Origin: Azolla caroliniana
Lineage: Eukaryota; Plantae; Polypodiophyta
NCBI GenBank assembly: GCA_043228905.1
Contig: JBHGNT010000014.1
Span: 17,174,001 to 17,238,000, forward strand
Reading direction: 5' to 3'
Length of the DNA: 64,000 bases
Positions 26,209 through 38,495 of the stretch are shown piece after piece. How positions within the stretch are numbered: position 1 is the stretch's first letter; the number at the start of each line of letters is the position of its first letter. The notes under the pieces are model-generated. The model was not told where the DNA came from. It searched no databases and worked only from the letters and a program-made list of their open reading frames with translations. The translations under genes were made by a program, and so were the position numbers.

Positions 26209-26954
26209 TAGTTGGAAGAACAGGAAGGTAGATAGGTTGAATATCGAGGGCTCTAACAGCATTCAAGACCTCCTTATTGCCCGTCGCCATGAATACTCTA
26301 AGAACAGATTCTGTGAGCTTTCCAGAGGATAGAGTCTTCTACAAGAAACAAAAGAAATAGGAAAATCAGAATATACATTGTCAATGACAATAAGAAGAAA
26401 AAACAAAATTTGAAAACAATAAACATCAAAATACCCCCAACTGCTTTGTACAGTTACCAGAATGTCCCTTTGATTTTTTAAATATTACCTACTCCTCTTG
26501 GATTCAAATAATGTCAACTTGAGAGAGGCACTTGGTTAAAATACAGTTCTTGGGGCAAAAATTTAGCAATTCGTGAAAAAATTACCACTCAGATATTCCC
26601 AGTGGTTTCTGAAGAAATTGACAGTACTGTATTAATTTCTGGAAAAAAAAAACTACACAGGGATATTCGAGCAAATCAACTATCACCGACAGGTATTAGA
26701 GCAATAAAATACACAATTGTAGAGGCGAACTCCTCTTCTCCGAGGGTCATCACACAGAAGAAATGAAGAAACAATGAAAACGGGAAAGAGAAGAAAGAAA
26801 TGGAAGAAGAAGGAGGTGTTTGTTTTACCTGAAACAGTTCTGCAACGAGGGGATCAGGGATGGAGGTGAGATTGTGGATATGGTGGATGTTAAAGATCGC
26901 TGCTTTGATGGAGAGGCTGAGGAGAGAAGGCGGATCGGATCCACGGACTGACAT
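26209..26954 (-). CDS. small conserved plant protein of unknown function, exons 1-2 (26829-26954, 26209-26338); about 92 aa with exon 3
   Basis: ATG at 26954; CAG|GTAAAA donor; TTGTAG acceptor; A|GTAAGT donor. Spliced product MSVRGSDPPSLLSLSIKAAIFNIHHIHNLTSIPDPLVAELFQ-KTLSSGKLTESVLRVFMATGNKEVLNAVRALDIQPIYLPVLPT resembles a plant family I recall (PPSL..L / GKLTE.VL..F.ATG / PVLPTRC). Confidence 0.85.
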
Positions 26955-26958
26955 ATAA

Positions 26959-26979
26959 CTCTCTGTCTCTGTCTCTGTC

Positions 26980-27029
<50 letters not shown>

Positions 27030-27030
27030 G
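26959..27030. repeat. (GA)n/(GACA)n microsatellite in the 5' UTR of the small gene
   Basis: Read directly, immediately upstream of the ATG at 26954. Confidence 0.9.
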
Positions 27031-27152
27031 CTCAGAGAGACCTCTCAGTCTCCTCCTGTAACAGAAGGTATATATGTATGTATATGTATACACATGTATA
27101 TATGTATATACGTATATGTATAATATATACGTACGTGTATGTATACATGTAT

Positions 27153-27399
27153 CATACGTACCATTCGTGCATTCTGCTAAAAAAACACCCTCGAAGTATG
27201 GTAAAATACCATACTTTTGCACTCATTATTTATTATAAGAAGGTAAGTTTCCTTTTAGGGTAAGAAAGTTAAGGTAAAAAAGTGCAATTTTTTATAATTT
27301 AAAAAAAAAAAACAAGAATGTTTTAAATAACATGCGCATTCGTTTTCATACGTATGAAACGAATGTTTTGGCTGACAAACACGAATCTTACGTACTATG
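27153..27399 (-). mobile_element. hAT-type MITE, copy 3 (inverted), in the promoter region of the small gene
   Basis: Reverse complement of the 15.5-kb copy (ggtaaaataccatactttt core), CATA..CTATG ends, catgtat(g) flanks. Confidence 0.7.
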
Positions 27400-27620
27400 C
27401 ATGTATGTATGTATATGTACATATATACATACAAGTGTACATGTACATGTATATGTATATGATATATCTATATGTACTTTATATATAGAGAGAGAGAGAA
27501 TATGGAGATGGAGGAGGAGGAGGGCTTTGTAGGCTTTGAAGAGGATGGGCATGCCCATGCCCTTGCCCATGGTATATGAGCATCATCACCATGTCCCATT
27601 ATGAGGTGTCCGTTGAGACC

Positions 27621-27830
27621 GCTCGTGTCTGTCTGCTACCAAATCATAAATAGGCCTAGCGACGGAAATCGCGGCCACATGACGGTGTCAGCTGAGGGCG
27701 CATGCGATTTGCACCCTCCGATTTTGGATAATAATACTAATAAATGCACGAGAAAAGCGTTGTCAAATGTCGCCCAACTCTAACTGTTGCAGATCGCCCA
27801 ACCCTGACCGTTGCAGGTCGCCCAACCAAA
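27621..27830 (+). mobile_element. orphan terminus of the same MULE family as 3775-6574
   Basis: gctcgtgtctgtctgctaccaaatcataaa...gcggccac...gcgatttgcaccctccgat matches the TIR. Three subterminal tcgcccaac repeats at 27769-27826. Confidence 0.7.
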
Positions 27831-29379
27831 TGTATCATTTCCACCAAAGTCTTCTAATCGCTCTGAACTTGAAACTTATAACTTAAAATAACAAATCAAA
27901 TTGCCACAAACTAAAACATTAAAAATTCCAAAATCGATGAACTTCACCATACTTAATACTTAGTCTTAGACTCTTAACAACAACAAAATCATCTTAAACA
28001 TAAAACTTCAAACTTCAAAAAATACACAAACTTAGACTTAGCACCCAAAAATCAACTTTAAGCATAAAACTTAAATCATAAAACATAAATCAACTTTTAA
28101 AAACATACTTTATTCGTAAACCTGATTAGAATGGTCCTAAAACAAAATGTTCCGGTCATTCAAAATTGATTAAACTAAAGTTCCAAAATCAAGCTAATAA
28201 AGTTCCTAAACAACCATTGAAATCAAGCTTGTGGCTCATCTGGGAATGATGGCAAGATGCAGCCACAATTCTTGCAACATTCAGCATTCGAGTCCCTTGA
28301 TCTAAAGGTCAAGGCATTGCAATGCAAGCATCTAATCTTCTCTATCACAAATATTGGCAACCGCCTCCTAGCTCAACTTGCTCCTCTTTGCATGTTTCTG
28401 GTGTGTGTTTTGGAAGTGTTTGGAGAGCTACCAATAAGATCTTGTGAAATGTCGATAGATGCTCCTCTCTTCACACCAATTGCTTGGTTTCGCCTTATGG
28501 ATCCACCATCTTCTTGATTGGTTGGTTTTAGTGCACTAGCGCGATACCATTTAGTTTGAGCCATTTCTTCAATGGACTCCCTACGTGCCAAAACTATTAC
28601 AGGGTCGAGGGATCGTAACCCTTACAAATTTTATACTTTTCTAGATGGTACTTTAAACTCCTACACGATATCATAGCCTTGTACCACCATCAATCTAGAA
28701 GATCTACATAGATGGATTTAAATACAAGTTCAACAAACAAAACAATGTCAACGACAAGAAGGTAATACCATGGAGAAACTCACAACTAAGATGTGTAGAA
28801 TGTAGAAATAAGGATGAGCCTAATCCTCCAAAGAGCACAATCAATCAACATTGTGAAGAATGTACGGATTGGGTTAATGTCAAGCCCATCTTTTTCTTCT
28901 TTCTAATCTTTAGTGAGGTCATTATCCTCACTTACTTTCTCCTCATTGTTTAACTCAACAAACATTCCTTGAACAATCCCAAACCAATTGGCCTCTCACA
29001 CTAACTTGTGTTAATCCCTTAATGTCTTCATCCTTAATGTCATTATTCATCTTTGTCTCATCACCACCCCTTTCTTGGGTCATATTGTGTCTTGGGTTTG
29101 AATCTTTGGTGGTGGCTTTTGGCCTTCATTTAAACACTTTAAAAAAAAATCCTCTCCTAACCTTTTCTCTCGAGATCACTCTGACTATAATCTTGATCCA
29201 ACATCAAACTTGACATTTAAACACTTTTCTATGGTTGATCTAACATTTAAACTTGACATTCAATAGGAGATATAACATATCTATGGTTGGGTAAAAGTCC
29301 ATATTATATAAATCTAACAGTTTTGGATGTCCACCAACTTATGCATTGGTACCCCTAGATATCTAGCTTGAAGTAGATA

Positions 29380-31030
29380 ATCACGCAATTTGTATCATGT
29401 TTGTTGGGTATGGAAAACCTAATGGCCATAAGGATCGTCGATTCTATGAACCAAAAGACAAATGATTTATATTCAATCGAAGGATGATATTTGATGAAGA
29501 TAGTCTCATACTCACACACACCCTATATCCGGAATGACACAAACTATAACCATCATACCAAATCCCTCAATCACTAAATCTGTCATTGAAACAAATGAAA
29601 TTGTGTCATTAACTAGTACTTCTTGTCGAGTTCCACCAATCTCCTAGGAAATCCAACATGTAAAAATTGATCACTAAATGCACATTAACCACCTTTCATC
29701 AATGTTCCAACTTCCAATCATGACATGCCCCACCACCACATTTCCCCTCTAGGTAATGGCTCTAATTCCTCATCCATAGTAACCAAACAAAAAACAACAA
29801 TGTGAGCCACATATTCCAATCACAAATACCAATAATACCCAAATTACTAGGAAGATCTCTTATCATCATCCAAATACATATTTGTAATGTGAAATCGTCA
29901 AGCACAACACACCTAAGTCATCTTGATTATTCATGTTCAAATTCTTGCAAAAGCTCTTTTATCTTATTATGAAGATCCTCATACCACTACATATAGTAAA
30001 AAGAAAGGCATTGGTAATGAGGATGCAAAATTTAATCCAACTAGGATGTACAAATGTCTCCTCTCCCACTAACGAACATAGTTTGCAATATAGTGTGAAA
30101 AGCTAGACATTTTGCCATCACCCTAGTTCACCTAGTTGTAGACCAACTTTTAAGAAAGTTTGAATTCTTTCGGATATCTACAATCATATTAACAAATTAG
30201 ATTCTCTTATTGTGGATCATAAATTCAACACAAAGTTTGCATTCTCTACACTTAGCTCCCCCTCAATCAAATCAAATGTTCATGATGAGGCATCATAGAG
30301 TGAAGATAGTGTTGAATGGAAAACTACCATGAAGAAAGAACTTGAATCTCTTTCCCTGCCAATAAAGCATGGACTCTAATACCACTCCCAATAGACAACT
30401 CACCTATTCTCGTGTAATTCCACATTATAAAGAGAAGTCTATGCCTTGATGGTACAATTCCATGTTACAAAGCTTATCTTGTGGCTCATGGTTTCTCCCA
30501 AATCAAAGGACTTGATTTTTATGAGACCTATGTTTCACGTGTTCTCCATATGGCATCATTCAAATGCCTTATGGATGTAGCCACCAATCTTTGACCTTAA
30601 TGTATATCATACAGTTAACATTCCTACATGGTAACCTACCGAAAGAATTCAACATCTCTTATGTTTAAGTCAAGTTCTGAGCTCCAAACTATGTTTGTCA
30701 AGTCCAGTAATCCATCTTTGGAGGAGTTAAAACAATCTTCTCCATTATGGTTTCTTAATTTTGACCTATTAACCATTACATGCACATTGCAAAAAGGCTA
30801 CTCTAGATTTTTAATTTTAATAAGCAAAAGTTTACATTAGACATAACCATACATCTAATCAACGATTAGTAGTCGCATTATATCTATGCTCACTAATGTG
30901 GACGATAATTCCTATATTAGGAACGATCATCTAAAATTAGTGAAGCCTATACAAGATTGGAGTTCAAGTTAGGTCCTCTTTATCTTATTTCCCCTGGGTA
31001 TGGCAAAAGTTACTCGTAATCGTAGTCTAG
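29380..31030 (+). pseudogene. highly degenerate copia pol remnant
   Basis: FVGYG...FDE (end of integrase region, about 29400-29500) and WKTTMKKELESL...YKAYLVAHGFSQIKGLDFYETY (RT, about 30315-30530). Confidence 0.7.
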
Positions 31031-31684
31031 CCACTGTTAGTTAGTTTTTCCTGGCCACACTAGGTCTTGGATAGCCATTGTTAGTTTTTCCTGGCCACAC
31101 TAGGTCTTTGATGCCCAAATGTTATTATTCTTAATATGTACCGTGTGAAAACGCCCACCCACTCTTATATGTATTTTACATATCTATACTCACTTTGTAA
31201 ATAAAAAACAGTGAGAAAAGGCATATTTGTGTTAAGAGAGTTATGAACATAATTTTTGAAGACCTCATACTCAGTTTATAAAATATTTTTGAAACATGTA
31301 GATTAAATTAAATTACATACATAATTATCTATTAAGCCTCTTGTGAAATTTTAGGATTAGAGAGCCTAACAAATCGATTAAGAGACTAGCAAACTGATAA
31401 TAATAGCTAAATTACTTTTTTGTGACTAACAAAGTGATTACTTGCTATGAAAATTTAGGATTAGAGAGACTAACAAACTAATATTTGTGATTATCAATAA
31501 CAAAGTGATTGCGCTTGAAATAAAGTAATTTGGAATATAAAAGTAAATCAATGTGAAGAGAAAAGAATTTAAGCGTTTTAATAAAGTATGTATGGAAATG
31601 TGCACCAGAATTTGATGGAAACCCATTTTCATCCCTCACATTCTACTCCAACTGGAATCTTAATTAAAAAAATAAGAAAAGATT

Positions 31685-32200
31685 ACTTATTAGCAAAATC
31701 TCTAATCTCAATATGAATATTCTGATCAATCATCTTATTAATAAAAAAGGGGCCTTAAATTCCAATTATTTGGTGATTTTGTGGGGGTAGTTATAATTGA
31801 TAAAGAAGGGATCATGGTTGGGGAATGAGCATGAGGAACTATAAGAATACAATTGATCCAAACACATAATTATTATTAGCAAATAATCTCAAATCTCAAA
31901 TATGTATGGACATTTTTAATCAGCTTCTTCATAAAAAAGGGGCCTTCAAATCAAATTATTTGGCTATATGGTAGTTATAATTGATAAAGAAGGGATCATG
32001 GATGGGGAATGAGCATGAGGAATTATAAGAATACAATTGATCCAAACACATATAATTATTATTAGCAAATCATCTCAAATCTCAAATATGTATAAACATT
32101 TTAATCATCTTATTTATAAAAAAAGGGGCCTTCAAATCAAATTAGCTGGTTATAATCATAATTATTAGCACGAGGAATCATAAGAATACAATTGATCTGT
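31685..32200. repeat. about 186-bp tandem repeat (2.5-3 copies) in the bHLH 3' UTR or downstream region
   Basis: tattagcaaa...aaaaaaggggcctt recurs from about 31690, 31875 and 32060. Confidence 0.85.
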
Positions 32201-32247
32201 AAGCAGGATCAATGGTGATGGGCGAGAAATTCTGAATCCTGCTGCAG

Positions 32248-35200
32248 TCATCTAAAAGCTCCTCCATATGACCAATAATCTGCACCATTCATGTCATTTA
32301 TGACATGGCTTGTGCAGTAGGATAAAGGAACCAGGCATAATCCCCTGCTCCTGAGGTCTGTAACCCCCTTAATGCTGCCACTGTTTACTTCACATTCTGA
32401 GCTATTCATCCTAATCTGCATCTGATCGCCATTGCTGTTCTGCTGCTGCTGCTACAAACAATAACATTTCTTCATAAGCGGAGCAAATTAATAGGGGATT
32501 TAGAATGATTTTTATCCCAAAATGTGCATTAATCCTTTCAGAAGATCAGTATTTCCTGTTCAAATTCAATTGAGGAATTTATAATGATTTTTATCTCAGA
32601 ATGTGCATTAATCCTTTCATAAGATCAGTATTTTCGCATTCAAATTCAATTGAGGAATTCATAATGTTTTTTATCTCAGAATGTGCAATAATCCTTTCAT
32701 AAAATTCGTATTTTCCCATTCAAATTCAATTGAGGAATTTAGAATGATTTTTATCTCAAAATGTGCATTAATCCTTTCATAAAATCAGTATTTTCCCATC
32801 CAATTTCAATTTGAGGAACACTATTTTGAAGCCCTGCTTGCAGTGTGATCGATTGATTCAATTTCATACATTACATTCAATGGGGTGGTCTGCAGGCTTA
32901 CATGATTTGCGTTTCCGCCTTTGAGGTATGGTGAGCTCAATGCCTGTCAATCCATCCATGAATCCATTCATCAGTCAGGAATCAGAAATCCTCAGGAAAG
33001 AAATTAATTGTGTGGTGAGAGATCAAAGCAAGGAATGAAATTTAGGCCATGATTAAGAACCTGCACTTGCTCTTGCAGGAATTTGATGTAGCCAATGGCT
33101 TCTAGCAGCACAGAGGCTGTGTCCGTCTGCATTTTTACAAAAATGAGCAGTATATAAATTTTTTGTACTGTAAAGAATTAATTATAATTGAATGGAGGAG
33201 AATCAAAAGGGTCTGCAAAAATGGATGGATCAATCAATGGAATGGAATTTATGGACCATAAATTCCATAAATGGAATGGAATGGAATTTATGGATTAGTA
33301 GATGATTATGTCTGGGTAATTATGTGAGAGGCTTACTTTGAAATTTGAGGAATGAAATGGAATGGAATGGAATTTATGGACCTTTCCAAAAGGGGAAACT
33401 AACTGTTGCAGTGTTGTAATCCGCTCCCCGAGCTTCTCCTTCTTGGGTGGAGCTGTTACCACTTGGCCGCCACTACTCTGCTGCAAAATTAATTTCATTC
33501 AATTCAATCCATTTCTTTGAATGCTAATTGGATTAGTAGATGATTATGTCTGGGTAATTATCTGAGAAGCTTACTTTGAAATTTGAGGAATGATTTGTGG
33601 ATGAATTAGTATTGTTATTAGTGACGGTAGAACTGGTAGCAGAAGCAGCATTAAGGCTGCTATAATTCTTGTTATTACTACTGCTACCAGTTGTTGTAGT
33701 AGTAGAGGTAGTAGTAGTAGGCTTCTGAATGTTATTCTCTAACCGAGATCTTTTGTAATTATATTCTTCACTTATTATACTATGCTTTTGAAGAAGATTA
33801 GTATTGCTATTGTTGTTGTTGTTGTTGGCCTTTTGAATTTGGTCACTTATTGTTGATGATGTTGATGATGTTGATGTATTTGCAAGCATTATTAATTCTT
33901 TATTATCCTCATCCTGCAACAATGTTTAATGTTAATGTTGATATTTTAAGGCGAATGTTAATGTTAATGTCAATGTTAATGTTAATGTTAATGTTAATGT
34001 TAATGTCAATGTCAATGTCAATGTTAATGTTATTCTTAATGGTAATGTCAATGTTAATGCAATTTGCTAATGCTAATGCTGATGGTAAATCTAATGTTAA
34101 TGCTAATAATAATGCTAAAGCTAACGCTAATGGTGATGTAAATTTGACTATGTTAATGCTGAAGTTAATATAACTATATTAATGTCAACGCTAATGATGA
34201 TGATGATGCTAACACTAACGCTAATGCTAATTTTCATGATGATTATGATGATCTTAATGATGATGACAATGCGAATGCTACGCCAATGTGACTATGTTAA
34301 TGCTTTTTAAATGTGTTAATGCTAGTGTTAATTGTACTACTGCTAATTATGCGGTTAAATGCTTAATGTTAATATTTAATGCTAATGTTAACATTAATGT
34401 AAATGTTAATGCAATTTGCTAATGCTAATCCTCAGGCTAAATCTAATGGTAGTACTAATACTAATGATATCTCTAATGCTGATGCTAATGTAACTATGTT
34501 AATGCTAACGCTAATCCTGATGCTAATATAACTATGTCAATGCTAACGCCAATGGTGATGATAATGATAATGCTAATACTAACGCTAATGCTGAATCATA
34601 CTAATGTAGGTAGGTTACTATTAATGCTAATGTTAATGCTAACGCTAATGTGGATGCTAAATTCTAATGTGACTATGTTAATGTTTTTTAAATGTGTTAA
34701 TGCTAGTGTTAAATGTACTAATGCTAATTATGAGTTTAGATGCTTAATGCTAATGCTAATTATGAGATTAGATGCTTAATGCTAATGCTAATTATCAGAT
34801 TAAATACTTAATGCTGATGCTAATTATGAGATTAAATGCTTAATGCTAATGCTAATCATGAGATTAAATGCTTAATGCTAATGTTAATCATGAGATTAAA
34901 TGCTTAATGCTAATGCTAATCATGAGATTAAATGCTTAATGCCAATGTGGATATAAGCCATTTGATGTTTAATTACAAGACTTCAACGAATCATAATTTA
35001 CCTCCATGGTACTGCCACTCCTAGTCAATATTTTGATCTTCCCAGAACCCAAATGCACATTCTGATTCTGATTGTGATGATCAATCATGGCGAACTGTGG
35101 ATTCATCTCATGTGGGTGATGATTGATACTATCCATAATCAAACCAGATTTTGCCCCATGATTATGATTATGAGTATGATTATGATTACTGCTGCTGATT

Positions 35201-37844
35201 AATAGCTGCAATTGGTGCTGATCCATATGCTGTATACCTGGATTACTTAAGTAATGATCTCTGGGATTCATTAGGCTCTCTAATCCTCCTCTAAAATCAG
35301 CATAATTAGCGATAGTAGTAGTATTTCCAGCAGCAGAAGCAGGGTTACTAATTATGAGCCTCTGATCATGATTGCATGGCGGCACGTGAGTTGACAGATT
35401 ACCAGCATGGTCCATGACGGAGGTGGGGAGATTAGCAGCACTAATCATAGGATTAGCATTCGAATGAGCGCTATTAAGCATGTAATTATAGTTAGCCTCA
35501 TCTTGATTCATGAGATTATGGTTGGGATATAAATTAGGGTTTAGGAACCTGTAGTCACTCATTTGTTGCATGAAGGTGGGATTGCTCTCATTGTTGGTGG
35601 TGGTATTAGGGTTTACTGATGCCGTGGTATTAGGGTTTATCGATGGGGTGGTATTAGGGTTTATCAACTGGGTGGCATTAGGGTTTATGAATGGGGTGGT
35701 ATTAGGGTTTATCAAGGGGGTGGTATTAGGGTTTACGAAGTGTGGGGACATGAGCATATTCGGCTCGTGTTCACACTTGACGGACAAAAGGTTGTCCCCA
35801 TGTGGTTGTCCTTGTTGTGGCAATGGTCCTTGCAAGTGTGACCCATGGTGCGGCCCCTGGTGTTGAATGACCAACTGGCTCAAGCCGTGTTCCCAGGCTT
35901 CGTCCGCGAACAGGAGCTCCCGGATGGATAGCCTCGGATACAGGAGCTCGTGTAACCCGGCTATGTCCTGAATGTCTACGACGTTGTTATGTCCGCCCAT
36001 CAGGCCGGCCGGAGTTATGTCCGTATCTCCCATATCCTTCCTGCTCTGGTTAATACTGTTCGGCTTATTATTGTTGTCCTGGAGAATCGACCCATCCACA
36101 TTGATCCTGGCAAGTGTAGGAAATGAACAAGACAAACACCAAGATTTAGGGTTTAGGGTTTAGGGTTTAGTGAATGCCTCCTCCTAAGTTTTTATGTCCT
36201 CCTTCTTTTCCCTAAATGCCCTTTTATTTACAATGTTTGGCATTATGTATGCATATATAGTGCCTTTATATATGTACATATATATATATATGTATGCCAA
36301 TCCTTGCCACCCATATTATGTAATAATGTATGTATCATTTTTCCATTATTTCTCTAGTTTATTATACATATGAAAATCATAATTCCATTATTTCTCTAGT
36401 TTATTTTATATATGAAAATCATAATTCCATTATTTCTCTAGTTTATTATATATATGAAAATCATAATGCCATTATTTCTCTAGTTTATATATGAAAAACA
36501 TTCCATCATTCTCTAGTTTATATACATATGTTCAAGCATTCCATCATTTCTCTAGTTTACATATGAAAATCATTCCATTATTGAATCTCTAGTTTATATG
36601 TGGAAATCATAATTCTATTATTTCTCTAGTTTATATATGAAAAACATTCCATCATTTCTCTAGTTTATGTATGAAAATCATTCCATTATTGAATCTCTAG
36701 TTTACATATGAAAATCATTCCATTATTTCTCTAGTTTATATATGAAAATCATTCCATTCATTCTCTAGTTTATATATGAAAATCATTCCATTCATTCTCT
36801 AGCTTATATATCAAAGTCATTCCTATATTTCTCTAGTGTATATATGAAATCATTCCATCATTTCTCTATTTTATATATGAAATCATTCCATCATTGCTCT
36901 ATTTTATATATGAAAATTGAAATCATTCCATCATTTCTCTAGTTTATTATATGAAATCCGGCATGTAATATGGAATCTGTCATTCGATCCGATTAGTCAC
37001 CAAAAGGGTACGATTCATCGGAATCTCGTTCATATGTGCTCGATCATGGTTATACATACTTGCGATATATGCTTTCGATTTGAGAGCACATTCATATGAT
37101 ATGAATCCAAGGATGAAGCACATATTGCAGAATTAAACACAAACACAGAGGGGTATTTCCTGAATTTAATCTCCCTCTTCCCTATCCTATCTCAATGGGA
37201 GCTTAATCATGGAGACTAAAAAATTCCAGTGATGATTAGGGTAAAATTTACACCTGGTCAGTTAATCCAGACCATTCTTTAGGGAAATCATGACATAAAG
37301 AGAGCTTAGGGATGCCCATTTGAGGAGTTTGATCCAACTAATTAAACTAATTATCCTCGAGATTAAGCGATTAATCCTCAGTAGGTGACTAGGGCTATCA
37401 TGATCTGGTTTATGACTAAGGTTTGAGTAGGAGCTCACGACTGAAAAAAAATGGCTTAATCCTCAGTACTGGGCGTCATTAACAGTGTAATTAAGGATAA
37501 TGCACACGGAATTAAGAGGATGGTTCCATTAATTAACTGGTTTAAATCAACTAGCTGAGTGATTGATCAACTGAACGAGGATTTACAGAGTTAGATGATT
37601 CGATTAATGAGAGAAATTTAATGAAAACTTACAGATTAAACTGATCTTGGCAAGCAGGCCACTGTAAGTGGGCATGGATATCGTTAATCTCGTTATGCGC
37701 TGGCAAATGGTTAGCACCGTCCGATAACAAGATATCCGACGCATCCTGGCCGTCCATGTTTGACTGAGCATTATTAATCATCATACTGTTATAATTGTTA
37801 GCACGGTGATGATGATGATTATCGATATTAATTGACCGATCCAT
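32248..37844 (-). CDS. bHLH transcription factor, plant subfamily X (bHLH68/110/112/123-like), about 688 aa, 7 coding exons
   Basis: Exons 37633-37844, 35002-36106, 33575-33913, 33382-33480, 33061-33126, 32902-32943, 32248-32451. All introns are GT-AG and phases are consistent (2067 nt). Contains [48 protein letters not shown], C-terminal DLRSRGLCLVP and GADYW. The start codon is the least certain part. Confidence 0.92.
32498..32818. repeat. about 80-bp minisatellite, 4 copies, in the last bHLH intron
   Basis: aatgatttttatctca(g/a)aatgtgcattaatcctttcat...caaattcaattgaggaat repeated. Confidence 0.9.
33920..34945. repeat. (AATGYT)n-derived low-complexity and minisatellite intron
   Basis: gttaat/gctaat hexamers with about 32-bp higher-order units at 34720-34945. 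Confidence 0.9.
35595..35740 (-). repeat. coding 24-bp repeat, 6 copies (xxNPNTTP), each containing a telobox AAACCCTAA
   Basis: ttagggttt starts at 35606, 35630, 35654, 35678, 35702 and 35726. Confidence 0.9.
36145..36170 (+). repeat. interstitial plant telomere repeat (TTTAGGG) x3.7 in bHLH intron 1
   Basis: tttagggtttagggtttagggtttag. Confidence 0.9.
36340..36958. repeat. about 33-40 bp minisatellite (about 17 copies) in bHLH intron 1
   Basis: Consensus ttccattatttctctagtttatatatgaaaatca. Confidence 0.92.
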
Positions 37845-38277
37845 GCACAATAATTCAGGATTAAGCAAGTAATTAGTGATAATTAGCACCCCCCCGCCGG
37901 CCAGGATTTGCGTGTCAATTTCTAGTAATTAGCGCCTCGATTAGGCTATAATTAAAGGCTTGGCTAGAATCGATGCATAAGTAGCTCCCAAAATTTGCTA
38001 GATTCTCGACAGTGAATGGGTTAACTAGAAAGAGGAGTAAGAATTAGCCCCTGGGATTCATTCACATGACCAACAGAGGATGATAATTAAGCGGCTCGCG
38101 ATAACTGATTAAGCAGCTCCGGATAGTAATTAATGGAATCTGGACGTGATTAAGGGGGGTAGAGGGAGGGACAGCTAGTAGCGATCAATGAGCAAGTAGA
38201 GACAATGGGGTTTGGATTAGCGATTTTAATGAGGAAGGATTAGCGAATCTGGCAGTGATTAGTGTGTGGGGAGCAGC

Positions 38278-38495
38278 AGGTAGCGATTGATTTAGCAGCA
38301 GAGACGGTAATTAGCGATTAATCTATCAGCAGCGACGGTAATTAGCGGTTGATTTAACAGCAAGGACGGTAATTAGCGGTTAATCCATCAGCAGCGAAGG
38401 TAATTAGCGATTGATTTAGCAGGCCGAGATGGTAATTAGAGATTGATTTAGCAGGCTCGACGGTAATTAGCGATTGATTTAGCAGCAGCGACGGC
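38278..38495. repeat. 31-bp tandem repeat, 7 copies, upstream of the bHLH ATG
   Basis: Consensus ggtaattagcgattgatttagcagcagcgac. Confidence 0.9.

Noticed and set aside
27500-27600. divergent gene start (ATGGAGATGGAGGAG...)
   Set aside because: The frame closes after about 25 codons and there is no downstream exon.
33850-34779. MLMLM-rich ORFs on the plus strand
   Set aside because: Hexamer repeat translation inside a bHLH intron.
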